In this document: in pieces, positions 46,471-56,867 of the stretch
Position numbering within the stretch: position 1 is the first letter of the stretch
Layout: each line of letters starts with the position of its first letter
Origin: a virus
IMG/VR virus record: IMGVR_UViG_3300045988_157568
Strand: one strand, 5' to 3'
Length of the DNA: 64,000 nucleotides
Program-made: the position numbers and the translations under genes
The notes under the pieces: model-generated
Told to the model about the DNA's origin: nothing
What the model saw: only the letters and a program-made list of their open reading frames with translations
The model's database searches: none

Positions 46471-46947
46471 TTACTCACCCACTGCCCTTTCCAAAATCTC
46501 ATTGGCTCTTGCCTTTACGTCAGCCTCACACCGCTCCCAAGCCTTTTGAAATAAAGGTCGTGCTGGTGCTTTACTTGTGCCACCGTCTACCCAACTTACA
46601 ACCTGTTGGTCGCCACTAAGCATTATGATATAACCGCCACGTCCTGCTGACATAGCAACTGCTTCACCTGTTGTCCTATCTTGTGTACCGTCAACCCAAG
46701 GTGTTGAGCTACCTTTTAATCTTACTGTAATCGGAGAGTTTGCTACAAAGTCACCACTCTCTTTAGTAGCATTTACAGCGTCAACAACTATTTGTGCAAG
46801 CTCGTCCATAGCGTCAGCTATTTCAGCTCCTGCACCTGCCAACTGGTTTAAAGCAATACCACAAGCGTCCCATTCACCTGCCTTATGAAACACAAAACCT
46901 GCTTTAGCAAACTGTCCTGTGTTTCCCCAAGCACGTCTAAAACTCAT
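46471..46947 (-). CDS. HK97 gp10-like head-tail joining protein
   Basis: 158 aa. SKAPARPLFQKAWE resembles the conserved ARPF/ARPL motif of the HK97 gp10 family. Confidence 0.5.
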   Translation of the reverse strand: MSFRRAWGNTGQFAKAGFVFHKAGEWDACGIALNQLAGAGAEIADAMDELAQIVVDAVNATKESGDFVANSPITVRLKGSSTPWVDGTQDRTTGEAVAMSAGRGGYIIMLSGDQQVVSWVDGGTSKAPARPLFQKAWERCEADVKARANEILERAVGE

Positions 46948-47444
46948 AACTCGTCACCCCAGTCAGTGCCGTCATAATTAACTTCACAATCACGTCCGTA
47001 ATCTGTTTCGTCAAATATTTCACGGCAATAAAACTTGTAAACAATGTATGTGTTATTTATTTGTGTTCGTGGTTGTACACGAACAATCTCAAAGTCCATA
47101 TTGTTAAATACAAACTTTCCTTTTCTCATTTCTGCTATATCCTTAGCTGTAACAGCAATATTATTGTCCCAAAAACTTTGAGTAGGAACAGTTATCTTAG
47201 CTGTGAGGTAGGTACGATTTACCGCCTTTTCACCCTCTTTAGCTTCCAACTGAACCCTTGCCGTTAAGTAAACAGGCTCTTTGTAGATTTTCTGTGTTGT
47301 TTCGCCGTAAGGGTTTATATCAGTCTTTTCTCTGTCCAAAAAGTAAAAGGGTACTTCTTGAGAGAAAATCTCTTGGTAAACTTCAAGCACACCGTCCAAA
47401 AAGGCTCTTTCATTCAAGTCAGTTATTTCAGGTATTTTACCCAT
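46944..47444 (-). CDS. head-tail adaptor-region protein
   Basis: 166-aa ORF. Its stop overlaps the start of the next gene. Confidence 0.45.
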   Translation of the reverse strand: MGKIPEITDLNERAFLDGVLEVYQEIFSQEVPFYFLDREKTDINPYGETTQKIYKEPVYLTARVQLEAKEGEKAVNRTYLTAKITVPTQSFWDNNIAVTAKDIAEMRKGKFVFNNMDFEIVRVQPRTQINNTYIVYKFYCREIFDETDYGRDCEVNYDGTDWGDEL

Positions 47445-47458
47445 AACTTCTCACCCCC

Positions 47459-48253
47459 CTATAATGATACTTCTTCTACATCATCAGGTGTATCTGTATC
47501 ATCAGGTATGATTGCAGTCAACTCTGAATAAGCAGAACGTCCTGTCCAATCAAGTAAGCGTACAAGTATATAATAAGTTGCACCTTTTTCACAATTCACT
47601 ATTCTACAACGCTTCTTATGAGGGTCAGTAATGGTTGATACCTTTTTAGCTAAAGGTGATATTTCACCAGTTAAAGCATAATTGTCAGCTATCGGAGATG
47701 TTGATACATAAATCTCATAGCATAAGTGCCTATCATATGTTGCTTTCCAAGATATTTCTACTGAACTATCTTCCACCGAGTCAATTTTAGCTTTTAATGT
47801 AGGCATTTTTGCCTTTTCATAGTTATAAGGTGTATAGTATCTATTAGATAAATAGGTACTTGCGGAGCAGAGAGTATTACTCCCTGCACCACCTTCATCT
47901 AAATATTTGTCCCAATCTCCGTCCATAGCATTTACTAAGGTCATATAATGGTTAAACCATTGAGATTTTTTCAAATAGTTATTGTCATCTGCACCTATAT
48001 CTACGTAGTTAGCGTGACGTATAGCTAAAGCTAAGTACAACTCACGCCTTGCCAAAATTGACAGAGGGTACATATATTCTTCGGGAAAGTCACTTAAATC
48101 TTCATCTGCAAAGGCTCTTGTCCTTGCAAGGTTAAGGTATAGTGTTAAATCTTCATCAGACAGTTTTAGATACAATTCGTCACGTTCAGTGCTATCTTCT
48201 AACTGAACATTAACACTCAAACGCAAATATCTTATCAAATCTGCTGTTGTCAT
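47459..48253 (-). CDS. head-tail connector (gp6-like N-terminus) with FN3-like C-terminal domain
   Basis: DLIRYLRL...DELYLKLSDEDLTLYLNLA resembles gp6-type connector N-termini. The C-terminal VEISWKATYDRHLCYEIYVS looks FN3/Ig-like. Confidence 0.45.
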   Translation of the reverse strand: MTTADLIRYLRLSVNVQLEDSTERDELYLKLSDEDLTLYLNLARTRAFADEDLSDFPEEYMYPLSILARRELYLALAIRHANYVDIGADDNNYLKKSQWFNHYMTLVNAMDGDWDKYLDEGGAGSNTLCSASTYLSNRYYTPYNYEKAKMPTLKAKIDSVEDSSVEISWKATYDRHLCYEIYVSTSPIADNYALTGEISPLAKKVSTITDPHKKRCRIVNCEKGATYYILVRLLDWTGRSAYSELTAIIPDDTDTPDDVEEVSL

Positions 48254-48274
48254 AACATATCACCCCTACCTTAA

Positions 48275-48598
48275 TTAGAATGGTCTAAGCATATCTCCTC
48301 TTTGAAGTATATCCTTAACATTTTGTGGCACTTCAACAATTACACCCTTCTTTAGATGATAATATGTGCCACCGATACAACAGTCATAATCAGTAGCTGG
48401 ACACACCTTTACAGGTTTAGTGCCTGCTACAATGCCTGTATTTTCTTCCTTAGCCTTTTGTTCCACCTTTGTAGGAACATTAAACTCTGCATTACCTTTT
48501 GTTTCTTCTGCTTTTGTAGTTTCAGCTACTTCTGCATTTTCAACAACTTCTGTATTTTCAGCGTCTGCCTTAGGCTTTTTAACGATTTTACCTGCCAT
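48275..48598 (-). CDS. hypothetical head-module protein
   Basis: 107-aa ORF immediately after the capsid gene. Confidence 0.45.
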   Translation of the reverse strand: MAGKIVKKPKADAENTEVVENAEVAETTKAEETKGNAEFNVPTKVEQKAKEENTGIVAGTKPVKVCPATDYDCCIGGTYYHLKKGVIVEVPQNVKDILQRGDMLRPF

Positions 48599-48646
48599 TT
48601 TTATTTCCTCCTAAACAACAATTATAACACGATTAAATCCGAAATT

Positions 48647-49693
48647 TTAGGCTGTTTCAATAACTACGCCATACTTATCGTGGAGCAAACCTGTACCAAA
48701 GATTGAGTACCAGCCAAGACTTCTCTTTCTTCCGAAGTCCTCAACACCGTTATCTCTTAGTTCAACAGATAGTGCTGTTGCAATACCATAGTAAGCGTCA
48801 CCAAATAGTAGAGCTTGATATACAGGAACAGCGTTCTGTGAACCTTCTTCACCTGCACCTTTAACAAGGTCAGCATTGTATGACTCCTCTGTTTCTGCTG
48901 CTGCACCATTGCACATAAGAGTTGTTTCAATAAATCTTACATCATCAATTCTGCCGATTTCACCTGTAAATAGTTGCATAGGTGCACCATAATTTGAAGC
49001 ATTTACCCAAGCTGGGTCATCTCTTAGAGTACGGCTCTGATGTGGGTGTACAAAACAAATCCAGTTTGTACCTTGATACTTTGGAGCGTCTGCTGTTGAA
49101 AGAATTTCAACTGCGTCCTTAATTGTTGCAACATTCAAAGTATCTGTTGCTGTAAGACTTGCTCTTGTAGTTTTCTTACCGCCGTAAACAACATTCTTTG
49201 TGTTTGAAAGAGCTGTATCTCTCAATTCACAATCAACTGTAATCGCATAGTCACGAGAAAGTAGAGTTGTCATTTCAGCCATAATATCATCAAAAGATGA
49301 CTGAATTAGCTTTTCAGTCGTACTTACTGCATTACCGTATTCTGTTACAGTAATTTGCTTTGTTGAACCTGACATTGCTTGTGTTGTCATATTCTGCATT
49401 TCTTTCAATGCACCGCCACGCTTTAGGTTATCATATGTAAGCATAGTGATTGTAAGACCTGCATTTACACCAAGTTCTGTTTTCTTTGTAGCAAACTGCA
49501 AGAAACGCATTACAGGTAGTGCCTTAAATTCAATTTCCTTTGAATAAACTGTTCTGATAGCGTCACTGAAAACAACACCGCCGTTTTCAGTAGCACCTGC
49601 TGTTGTTACTTTTGAGTCTGCATATGCCTTCATTGCGTTTTTTGCCAACGCCTTAGACATAAAACTCTTAAAAATAGATTTCTTGTTAAACAT
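48647..49693 (-). CDS. major capsid protein (HK97-fold by position and size)
   Basis: 348 aa, directly downstream of the scaffold gene. Preceded by AAGGAGG. Confidence 0.75.
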   Translation of the reverse strand: MFNKKSIFKSFMSKALAKNAMKAYADSKVTTAGATENGGVVFSDAIRTVYSKEIEFKALPVMRFLQFATKKTELGVNAGLTITMLTYDNLKRGGALKEMQNMTTQAMSGSTKQITVTEYGNAVSTTEKLIQSSFDDIMAEMTTLLSRDYAITVDCELRDTALSNTKNVVYGGKKTTRASLTATDTLNVATIKDAVEILSTADAPKYQGTNWICFVHPHQSRTLRDDPAWVNASNYGAPMQLFTGEIGRIDDVRFIETTLMCNGAAAETEESYNADLVKGAGEEGSQNAVPVYQALLFGDAYYGIATALSVELRDNGVEDFGRKRSLGWYSIFGTGLLHDKYGVVIETA

Positions 49694-49716
49694 TTTAAGA
49701 TTTCCTCCTTTAATTT

Positions 49717-50529
49717 TTATCTCAATCCCATTTTCTTACGCCATTCAGCATATTCTGGTGACGCTGGGTCAAGATTTCTCACATCTTCTAAACTTGTGTC
49801 CCCAAACGTATTCATTGGATTTTGTGGGTTTACACTTGGTACTGACGGCTTTGTGTCACCCGAAGGATTTTTTTTCGGAGTTGGGGTGCTTACTACACCC
49901 ATTTGCTCTTTAGCCTTTTGAGTTAGCTCTTTAGCCTTTTCAATCGAAGCGTCAATCTCCTCTTTCGTAGCACCTGTAACTGTTTCCATAAACATAGGTA
50001 AGATAGCGTCTTTGACTTCATCTTTAACAAGTTGTTCAGTTCTGTAAAGTTTAACTTCATATTCTTGCTCAACTTGTTGCCTGATTGTTTCTTCATCAGT
50101 TGACTGCTGCTTTAATGTTTCAATAGTGCCTTCAAGTTCCTTAATCTTATTCTTCAAGGTTGTAACTTCTTCACTATCGCCGCCATTTTTCAAATTGTCA
50201 ATTTCAGCCTTTAAAGTACCTGCTTCTAACAAATTCTTGTTGTTCTGCTTAGTCATTTCTTTCAAATCGTCCTTTAAAGTCTTAATTTGAATGTAAAGTT
50301 TATCCTTTTCTTCCTTTCTTGCTCTCGCAATTAGCTCCTCATAATTTATTTGAGAAGGTTCTGTCGGTTGCGGAGTTGGAGAGGGGTTTGGTGCAGGTGT
50401 TTGTGGTGCTGGTGGTGCTGGTGGTTCTTGTCCACCGTTGCCGTCACCTTCATCTGCAAAGGATTTGTGTAGTAGTCCAGTAATGATACGACTAAATTTT
50501 TCTGCGTTCTTTCTGCTTTTTGTAAACAT
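49717..50529 (-). CDS. head scaffolding protein
   Basis: 270 aa with a Pro-rich N-terminal stretch (PPAPPAPQTPAPNPSPTPQPTEP) followed by a long coiled coil. It lies between the portal and capsid genes. Confidence 0.65.
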   Translation of the reverse strand: MFTKSRKNAEKFSRIITGLLHKSFADEGDGNGGQEPPAPPAPQTPAPNPSPTPQPTEPSQINYEELIARARKEEKDKLYIQIKTLKDDLKEMTKQNNKNLLEAGTLKAEIDNLKNGGDSEEVTTLKNKIKELEGTIETLKQQSTDEETIRQQVEQEYEVKLYRTEQLVKDEVKDAILPMFMETVTGATKEEIDASIEKAKELTQKAKEQMGVVSTPTPKKNPSGDTKPSVPSVNPQNPMNTFGDTSLEDVRNLDPASPEYAEWRKKMGLR

Positions 50530-50669
50530 AAATTTTTACCTCCAATATTAAGTTTCATAATAAAAATAACACACATTGTAGATTTTGTAAAGTAGTTTAC
50601 AAAAAATTTTTCTAAAATATGTGTTATTTTTATCTATAAGCGATTTAATTGCTTAGGTATGTAGTTGTA

Positions 50670-52202
50670 TTAGTCATTACCATTCTTGCCGTTTAAGGCT
50701 ATTCTCATATGTTCTGCGGCGGTTTCGCCATTCATTATGCCACTGTTCAATGACGGATTGCCATTTTCACTCTTATTTTTTGAAGCAGAGCTATAAATAT
50801 CAGGGTGTTCTTCCCTATCCTTGTCCACACGCTTAATGTATTCTTCAATGTTTTCACGTCCCATACGTTTCATTGCTCCGTATCTATCTTCAATACCCAT
50901 AGACATCTCCATTTGAATTTGTTGTAATTCAATAAGAGTATCTTTCGGGAGTGTATCGGCAAGCTCAACTTCCGTATGGAAAAAATCTCTGTTGGTAATT
51001 CCTTCGGGTTTTTTCACGATACCTTCACACAAAGCTACTAAAATAATCATTTTATTAACTCTTTCAAGTCCTGTTTCGGTGTTCATTTTCTTAATTCGGG
51101 TTTTTTCAATCAATGGTAAGTTGATATATTGAAGTGCTACACCACTTGTATTGCTTATTGCTTGTGCTCCACCTAAAACTGTTTCAGGTACGCCGCCAAT
51201 TTCACACATTGCAAGTTTTAAGTTAGTGATATAATCTTTTGCAGTACCACCGTCACCTTTTTGTTCAAGGTTTTCTACCTTAGCGTCTTTCGGCAGTCCA
51301 CCCCATACCTTATTAGCTCCCTTTTCAATATTACTTATCTTTGCACCATAAACAACTGTAATAGGAGCTGAATGATAACTGATAATTTCTGAAACATTTG
51401 ACTGCTTTAAATTATATTCCACATTCAAAGGAATAATATCATCAAGGTCGCCAACACCTTCAACCTTACCTGCAATACTCAAATTCTTGATTTGTACAAA
51501 AGGTATAACACCATACTTATTCTTATCTGTACGTTTCACATCACCGTCAAAAGTTTCAATGGTATCTTTTGTCCAAACCTGTCTGAATAGTGTTTCCTGT
51601 TCCTGTGTCTTAAAACCTACGCCGACTTTTACCTGCTTTTTATACACATACATAATAGTCAGCTTATCAAGTTGCTTTGTATTATGTGGGTTAAATTCAG
51701 GGAACACTATGTTAGTCGGAATAACTGATACACTTATTCTTCCGTCAGGGTATTCACCAAACGGGTCATCTAAATCTTCCGCTTTATCATAGTTTACTCT
51801 TATCCACGCTTCACCTGTTACAGACTTTGTTTGTCCCATTTCAATGCTTAGTCCATATTGGTCGTTATCTTCCCAAACATCTTCCAAAAACTCAAACAAA
51901 GTTCTTCCGTCATCTGTAATTATCTTATCAGACATATTACTATGAGTTGTAAAGCTCCACGCTTTACCAAGTTCAAACGATACAAACTTGTTTACAAAAG
52001 CACGACAATAATTGACTGAAAGTTCTACGTCATCTGTACAGGGTATATCTTCCCAGTGATAGCCTTCATAAAAGTTCCACGCTGTTCTTATTCGTGAAAG
52101 TCTATTAGACCACTTTGTATCAATATCCCCCTTTAAGTTCAAAAGGGTATTGTAGTAAGCGTCACCATTCAAGACGCTTCTTATTCTCTCAAAACCTAAC
52201 AT
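50670..52202 (-). CDS. portal protein
   Basis: 510 aa, directly after the large terminase gene. The N-terminal RIRTAWNFYEGYHWED motif is typical of SPP1 gp6-like portals. Confidence 0.8.
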   Translation of the reverse strand: MLGFERIRSVLNGDAYYNTLLNLKGDIDTKWSNRLSRIRTAWNFYEGYHWEDIPCTDDVELSVNYCRAFVNKFVSFELGKAWSFTTHSNMSDKIITDDGRTLFEFLEDVWEDNDQYGLSIEMGQTKSVTGEAWIRVNYDKAEDLDDPFGEYPDGRISVSVIPTNIVFPEFNPHNTKQLDKLTIMYVYKKQVKVGVGFKTQEQETLFRQVWTKDTIETFDGDVKRTDKNKYGVIPFVQIKNLSIAGKVEGVGDLDDIIPLNVEYNLKQSNVSEIISYHSAPITVVYGAKISNIEKGANKVWGGLPKDAKVENLEQKGDGGTAKDYITNLKLAMCEIGGVPETVLGGAQAISNTSGVALQYINLPLIEKTRIKKMNTETGLERVNKMIILVALCEGIVKKPEGITNRDFFHTEVELADTLPKDTLIELQQIQMEMSMGIEDRYGAMKRMGRENIEEYIKRVDKDREEHPDIYSSASKNKSENGNPSLNSGIMNGETAAEHMRIALNGKNGND

Positions 52203-52204
52203 AA

Positions 52205-54844
52205 TTATCTTCTCCTTCTCGCTGTAAAGCCTGAAATAGCTCTATAAAAAGATTGCTCATTTCTTGACTTACCCATTAAACTATCTCTGTTTACTGTTTC
52301 CGTTTCATTTACTACACCTTCGTCCATACAACCCCACACTGCCAAACCCCAACTGTCACAATTACCTGTTACAGCTATTTTGTCATTTCTACGAGTAACT
52401 ATATAACCATTGTCTACATTTACGCACCAAACTTTTCCGTTATAGTCTGTTACATTTACCTCTTTTATTCGTGTGCAATCACCTTGCATTAAATAGCAAT
52501 TATACATTTCGCCACTTTTGCGTATAGAGGTTTTTATTCCGCATTTGTGTGCTAACTCTTGAAAATCACGAGCTAAATCATAGCTGGCTGTATGATAAGT
52601 GTTCCTTGTAATTGTACCGTCACCATACATAAGAGTATCTAAGAGCAATCTTAACTGACGTAATGAAAAATCATTTAACCATTTTCGAGGTATTCTGTGT
52701 ATTCCGTCAGCAAGTAAACTGTCAAATAAGGCATTATCTTTCTTGTGGTACACCCAGTAAGTTAGTCCGTCTTTACGAGTATAAATGTATGGGTTTAAGC
52801 CTAATTTTTTAACCATAGCTTGTATTTCACTATATTTTAAACTTTTTATTGATTGACCGAAACAGTATCTTTTTGAATTATATCTCTTATCAAAATTTAT
52901 CCAACCCTCTGTTATAAACCAGCCACACTGCTTAATCAACTCGTCACTTATTGGGTAATCAGCCTTATCTTGAATAGGTGCAACTGGTATCTGCAAAGTA
53001 TTGTATCTTTGTTCATTAGGCATTGCAAAAAGTGACTGTGATAACATATCTTTATAGCAACCACTGTTTCTATGCTTAACTAACATCTTATGATTTTCTG
53101 TTACCTTTAGAGCTAAATCCTTTGACTTAAATTCGTACATTTTGCCACAATAATCTTTGTGTATTATTTTAGTTGGTTTCCTATATACAATTTTTCCGTC
53201 AACAACACTTGCCACTAAAGTATCAGAGGTCATTTTATCATAAGTTATAAAGCCTTTATCAGTAAGTATTTCTGTATCAAGAGATAAACAAAAATCGTCG
53301 TGAGCGTTCTTCTCGTCAGGGTGAGATACCACAAGTTGTGAGCCCCTGTAATCTTTCTGCAACTCACCTAATTGCTCAATAAATTTATGATATTCTTCTG
53401 ACTTCAATACTTCTTCGGACGCTGGCACTCTTGCTCTACCACTTGAAATCTCCGTTTCAAGATTTTTGTACATTTCAGACTTACTCTTTGTAGTAAAAAT
53501 ATAAGGTATAACCTCACAATTTAAGTTAGCTCTAAGCCTATGTGATATACTTGCTTCTCTTGTAGCGTCACATACAACCTTAGCTAACTTAAAGTGTGAT
53601 AAAAAGTCCATAATCATATAATATTGTTCTTCATAGTCAGGCATATTTGATATTTTTAGCCAACTCTTTATATAAGTATTATATGTCTTATAAACCATAG
53701 TCTCACCAGTTTCAGGGTCAACCCTTTCATCAAATTGCAAAGGTTGTGTCCAATCAACTTCTACGATTGTGATAACGGTATCATCACCCTTACCACCTAA
53801 GTCTATACCTGCAACGTGCGTTCTTGACTTGTCATAAAGAGATACGTCCAAAAGCGGTTCAAGATTATTTTGTTCAAACTGCTCTATATCAATAAACATA
53901 CCTCTTTCCAATATCCACTTTAGCTTATAAGACATTTGGTACTCGTCTGACTTCTCACCCAAACTTCTCTTTTCACCTTCAATGTACTTTGCATACCAAG
54001 GGTTATATTTTGCGGCTACATCACAATCGTACTCAAAATGGTTTCGCACTCTTGTTTCACCATTATCATATTCAAGTTTGTTACGCTGAATTGCGTCATA
54101 GAAATTACCTTTAAAGGTTGTCGCTGTTCCGATTTTAACCTTTGTAGCATTATAAGCAGCACCCATAGGGTGGATAGACTTAGTAATCTTGTAATTACTA
54201 ATATCTTGACACTCCTCGCAGATAATTAATTTAAAGGACTCACCTTCGATTGATGAACCGTCACTGGCTGAAATAGCCGTAACGAATGAGCCATTACTTA
54301 GAGAACACGTCTGTCCATTTGACGTGGTAAACTGTAAATTAAAATCAGGGTCATTTAAGACTGCTTCTGCTGACGGACTTAGAAGTCTACTACGAATACG
54401 GTTGTATGTAATTTGTGCCTGTCTTTGTGACGGAGCAAATATACCAATCCATAAACCGTCCCTAAACGGTTGCAGTCGCTTATCATTTGCAAACATAGGC
54501 ATATTTGCAAGTTGTGGTAGCAAAATCATCATACCACCTGATGTATCTGAAATTGTTTCTGACTTACCACTCTGTCTTGCAAATAAAGCTGTTATTTCTG
54601 CACCGTCATTTGTTAAAACGGAGCGAATAACTCTTTTTGAAAATTGTTCCTGATAGGGATATAGTGTTCTTCCCGAATATACTTCAATGAAATTAAACAC
54701 TAAGTTCACCAATTCAGATGTTGTAACACTGCCTGCTAATGTGTATTTCAGATTATCAGTCACTTCTAAGTAAGTGAGGAATAACCAGTAAAATATACAC
54801 TTTATATCAATCCATAAGCTATGCAAAACCTTTCTCCATTTCAT
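52205..54844 (-). CDS. terL: terminase large subunit interrupted by an intein
   Basis: Walker A-like FARQSGKSE, Walker B-like KLIICEECQ, and nuclease-domain acidic motifs AGIDLGGKGDDT and NAHDDF|CDSWGLAVW. Confidence 0.85.
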   Translation of the reverse strand: MKWRKVLHSLWIDIKCIFYWLFLTYLEVTDNLKYTLAGSVTTSELVNLVFNFIEVYSGRTLYPYQEQFSKRVIRSVLTNDGAEITALFARQSGKSETISDTSGGMMILLPQLANMPMFANDKRLQPFRDGLWIGIFAPSQRQAQITYNRIRSRLLSPSAEAVLNDPDFNLQFTTSNGQTCSLSNGSFVTAISASDGSSIEGESFKLIICEECQDISNYKITKSIHPMGAAYNATKVKIGTATTFKGNFYDAIQRNKLEYDNGETRVRNHFEYDCDVAAKYNPWYAKYIEGEKRSLGEKSDEYQMSYKLKWILERGMFIDIEQFEQNNLEPLLDVSLYDKSRTHVAGIDLGGKGDDTVITIVEVDWTQPLQFDERVDPETGETMVYKTYNTYIKSWLKISNMPDYEEQYYMIMDFLSHFKLAKVVCDATREASISHRLRANLNCEVIPYIFTTKSKSEMYKNLETEISSGRARVPASEEVLKSEEYHKFIEQLGELQKDYRGSQLVVSHPDEKNAHDDFCLSLDTEILTDKGFITYDKMTSDTLVASVVDGKIVYRKPTKIIHKDYCGKMYEFKSKDLALKVTENHKMLVKHRNSGCYKDMLSQSLFAMPNEQRYNTLQIPVAPIQDKADYPISDELIKQCGWFITEGWINFDKRYNSKRYCFGQSIKSLKYSEIQAMVKKLGLNPYIYTRKDGLTYWVYHKKDNALFDSLLADGIHRIPRKWLNDFSLRQLRLLLDTLMYGDGTITRNTYHTASYDLARDFQELAHKCGIKTSIRKSGEMYNCYLMQGDCTRIKEVNVTDYNGKVWCVNVDNGYIVTRRNDKIAVTGNCDSWGLAVWGCMDEGVVNETETVNRDSLMGKSRNEQSFYRAISGFTARRRR
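52361..53290 (-). mobile_element. terL intein (310 aa) with LAGLIDADG endonuclease
   Basis: Begins CLSLDTEILTDKG directly after HDDF and ends IAVTGN, followed by Cys. Internal motifs are CGWFITEGWI and LLDTLMYGDGT. Confidence 0.8.
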
Positions 54845-54870
54845 TTAATCACCGCCTTTTACATTCTACA

Positions 54871-54899
54871 ATAAAAAATAGAGGGTTTTCACCCTCTAT
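54871..54899 (-). terminator. rho-independent terminator
   Basis: 8-bp stem ATAGAGGG / CCCTCTAT with a 6-nt loop, followed on the minus strand by UUUUUAU. It lies between the 54909 gene and terL. Confidence 0.65.
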
Positions 54900-54908
54900 A
54901 TTCTCATA

Positions 54909-55208
54909 TTATTCTGTTTTTGTCAAGGCTTTTGTAAGTGTAAAATCATCTAAATAAAGCAATTCTGCTGACTTTGCAGATAATATTTTAGGTAGTCTAC
55001 GTTTTATATAAAACATTCCTTTTCTCGTCCTATATAACTTATTTTTGACTACATTACCTGCCTTTTTGTAACCGTTATCTTCTCGTTCAAATAAACAAGT
55101 TTTCGCTTTAATCTTGTCATCTACCTTTATAAGTTTCAAACAAAGCACAAACTTATCACTTAACTTCAAAGAATAACGAAAATCGTTGTAATTACGTTCT
55201 TTACCCAA
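54909..55208 (-). CDS. hypothetical basic protein
   Basis: 99-aa ORF upstream of terL. No small-terminase motif recognised. Confidence 0.45.
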   Translation of the reverse strand: MGKERNYNDFRYSLKLSDKFVLCLKLIKVDDKIKAKTCLFEREDNGYKKAGNVVKNKLYRTRKGMFYIKRRLPKILSAKSAELLYLDDFTLTKALTKTE

Positions 55209-56565
55209 AATGGTCTGTCCAAGTACAAGCTAAATTATCCTTGTCATCTCTCATTCTTAGGAAACGAGGGTGTCTTAGCTTGCCTGTGTCCTTGTATTGT
55301 TCATTCGCTTTAACTTCAATGACTTTACCTATCATACTACCCCGATTATCTGTGAAATACTTTCGCATTTCATCATCAAAACCACCGCAATCACCGACTT
55401 CAACAACCTTATACTCTTTACCGTCAGAAAGTTTCATTTTCTGTGTGGTAAACTTTTTACTCTTTGATAACTTCGCAAATTCTTCTTCTGTAATGATTAC
55501 CCCATATCGGATATTACCTACCCAATTCTCAAAATAGTACCTTGTTACAGGCATAAAGGACTTTTTAAGCTCTTTTGCTGGTGTAGCAAGACATCTATTA
55601 GGGTCTTGTTTTTCGTTAGTTTTAGGGTCAATCCAATAGCCCCAACTGTCATCAGGGAATTTACCTGTGTATTCTTCTGTCGGCTCTGTAAAGCCCATTA
55701 TTATAACGTCACGAGTTAAAAACTTCTTAATTTTCTGATATTCTCTGCCACGCTTATGATAATACTTTCCGTCAATGGGTTTTAGCATTATTCCTTCACC
55801 GCCGTGCATTACTATCCACTCGTAATACTCTTTAGGTGTAAGTCTTACCCAAAAATCACTTTCATTCCCTGCATTTTTATATAACTTGACTTTATTAAAC
55901 AAGTTCGGATATACACTGTAAGTAGCATTTAGCAACTTTAAATCTTTGTCACCTACAAAAACTGGGGTGTTATTTTTGAAGTAAGGCACTCTCCGAATAT
56001 AAGGAAAGCCTGACGGATACTCTTCTTCGTAGAAGTTATTTATTTTACGAATTATCCTATCAAGAAAACTCTTTCGCTTATATAAAGGCATTTTCTCAAT
56101 CTTGATACCCTTGTAATAAAGAATATCAAACACATTTAAGCATAAAAAGCCTTTTTCCTGTTGACGTTCAATAGCCGTATCATAGGTACAATTTAAGATA
56201 CCTGATATATCATTGAAAGGCACATCAGGGATATACATTTCACCGTCTAAAATAGTGCCATTAAGTTCAGGGATATGTATATCTCTTAGTTGAGGAACAC
56301 TATCAGTGTTTTCTGTCAACCAACCTGATTTTTTACTCTCTCTACGGCTAAATACTCGTGCATAGTCAGAGTAAAAATGTATTGTACCACGAGTGCCGTC
56401 AAGTTTTTCTTCTACAAAATAGTTAGGGCTGTTAAGTAGTTCTTCTTGCTTACTCTCGTCCACTTCTTTAGCGGTCATAGGCACTGTGTATAGAACATTG
56501 TTCTTTATGTAATCTTCTCTATTCCAGTTAAGGAATTTGGGTTTATCCGACCAATATTTATCCAT
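55201..56565 (-). CDS. ATP-dependent DNA ligase
   Basis: Nucleotidyltransferase motifs: I VEEKLDGTRG (KxDG), III ILDGEMY, IV LNVFDILY, V GGEGIMLKP, VI KLRHPRFLRMRDDK. Confidence 0.9.
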   Translation of the reverse strand: MDKYWSDKPKFLNWNREDYIKNNVLYTVPMTAKEVDESKQEELLNSPNYFVEEKLDGTRGTIHFYSDYARVFSRRESKKSGWLTENTDSVPQLRDIHIPELNGTILDGEMYIPDVPFNDISGILNCTYDTAIERQQEKGFLCLNVFDILYYKGIKIEKMPLYKRKSFLDRIIRKINNFYEEEYPSGFPYIRRVPYFKNNTPVFVGDKDLKLLNATYSVYPNLFNKVKLYKNAGNESDFWVRLTPKEYYEWIVMHGGEGIMLKPIDGKYYHKRGREYQKIKKFLTRDVIIMGFTEPTEEYTGKFPDDSWGYWIDPKTNEKQDPNRCLATPAKELKKSFMPVTRYYFENWVGNIRYGVIITEEEFAKLSKSKKFTTQKMKLSDGKEYKVVEVGDCGGFDDEMRKYFTDNRGSMIGKVIEVKANEQYKDTGKLRHPRFLRMRDDKDNLACTWTDHFG

Positions 56566-56851
56566 TGCTTACACCCTTACCTTTTTGCGTTTTTAGTGTT
56601 CTTAGCTCTTTCAGCCATTCAGAAGTGGCATAAAACAGCTTTTTGTTTTCACCTGTGGCATTTTTAGAGAAATAATCTATCGCTGACTCAATAGTTACGC
56701 TTTGCGGAATAAAATTCTGCAAATTTATATCACCTTCGGCTACCTCATCACTATCCATTTCTTTCAGAATATCACTCTGATAGCGTTTAGGTTTATGCGT
56801 AATATCTTTATTTGGGAATTTCCCTGTTGTAGTAATGTGCATTTTATTCAC
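56558..56851 (-). CDS. hypothetical protein
   Basis: 97-aa ORF overlapping the ligase gene start. Confidence 0.45.
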   Translation of the reverse strand: MNKMHITTTGKFPNKDITHKPKRYQSDILKEMDSDEVAEGDINLQNFIPQSVTIESAIDYFSKNATGENKKLFYATSEWLKELRTLKTQKGKGVSNG

Positions 56852-56867
56852 TCCTTTAAAGATAAAG

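Noticed and set aside
54909-55208. Small terminase subunit assignment for the ORF upstream of terL
   Set aside because: The position fits, but I recognise no HTH or oligomerisation motif, a terminator separates it from terL, and the ligase gene overlaps its start. It is left as hypothetical.
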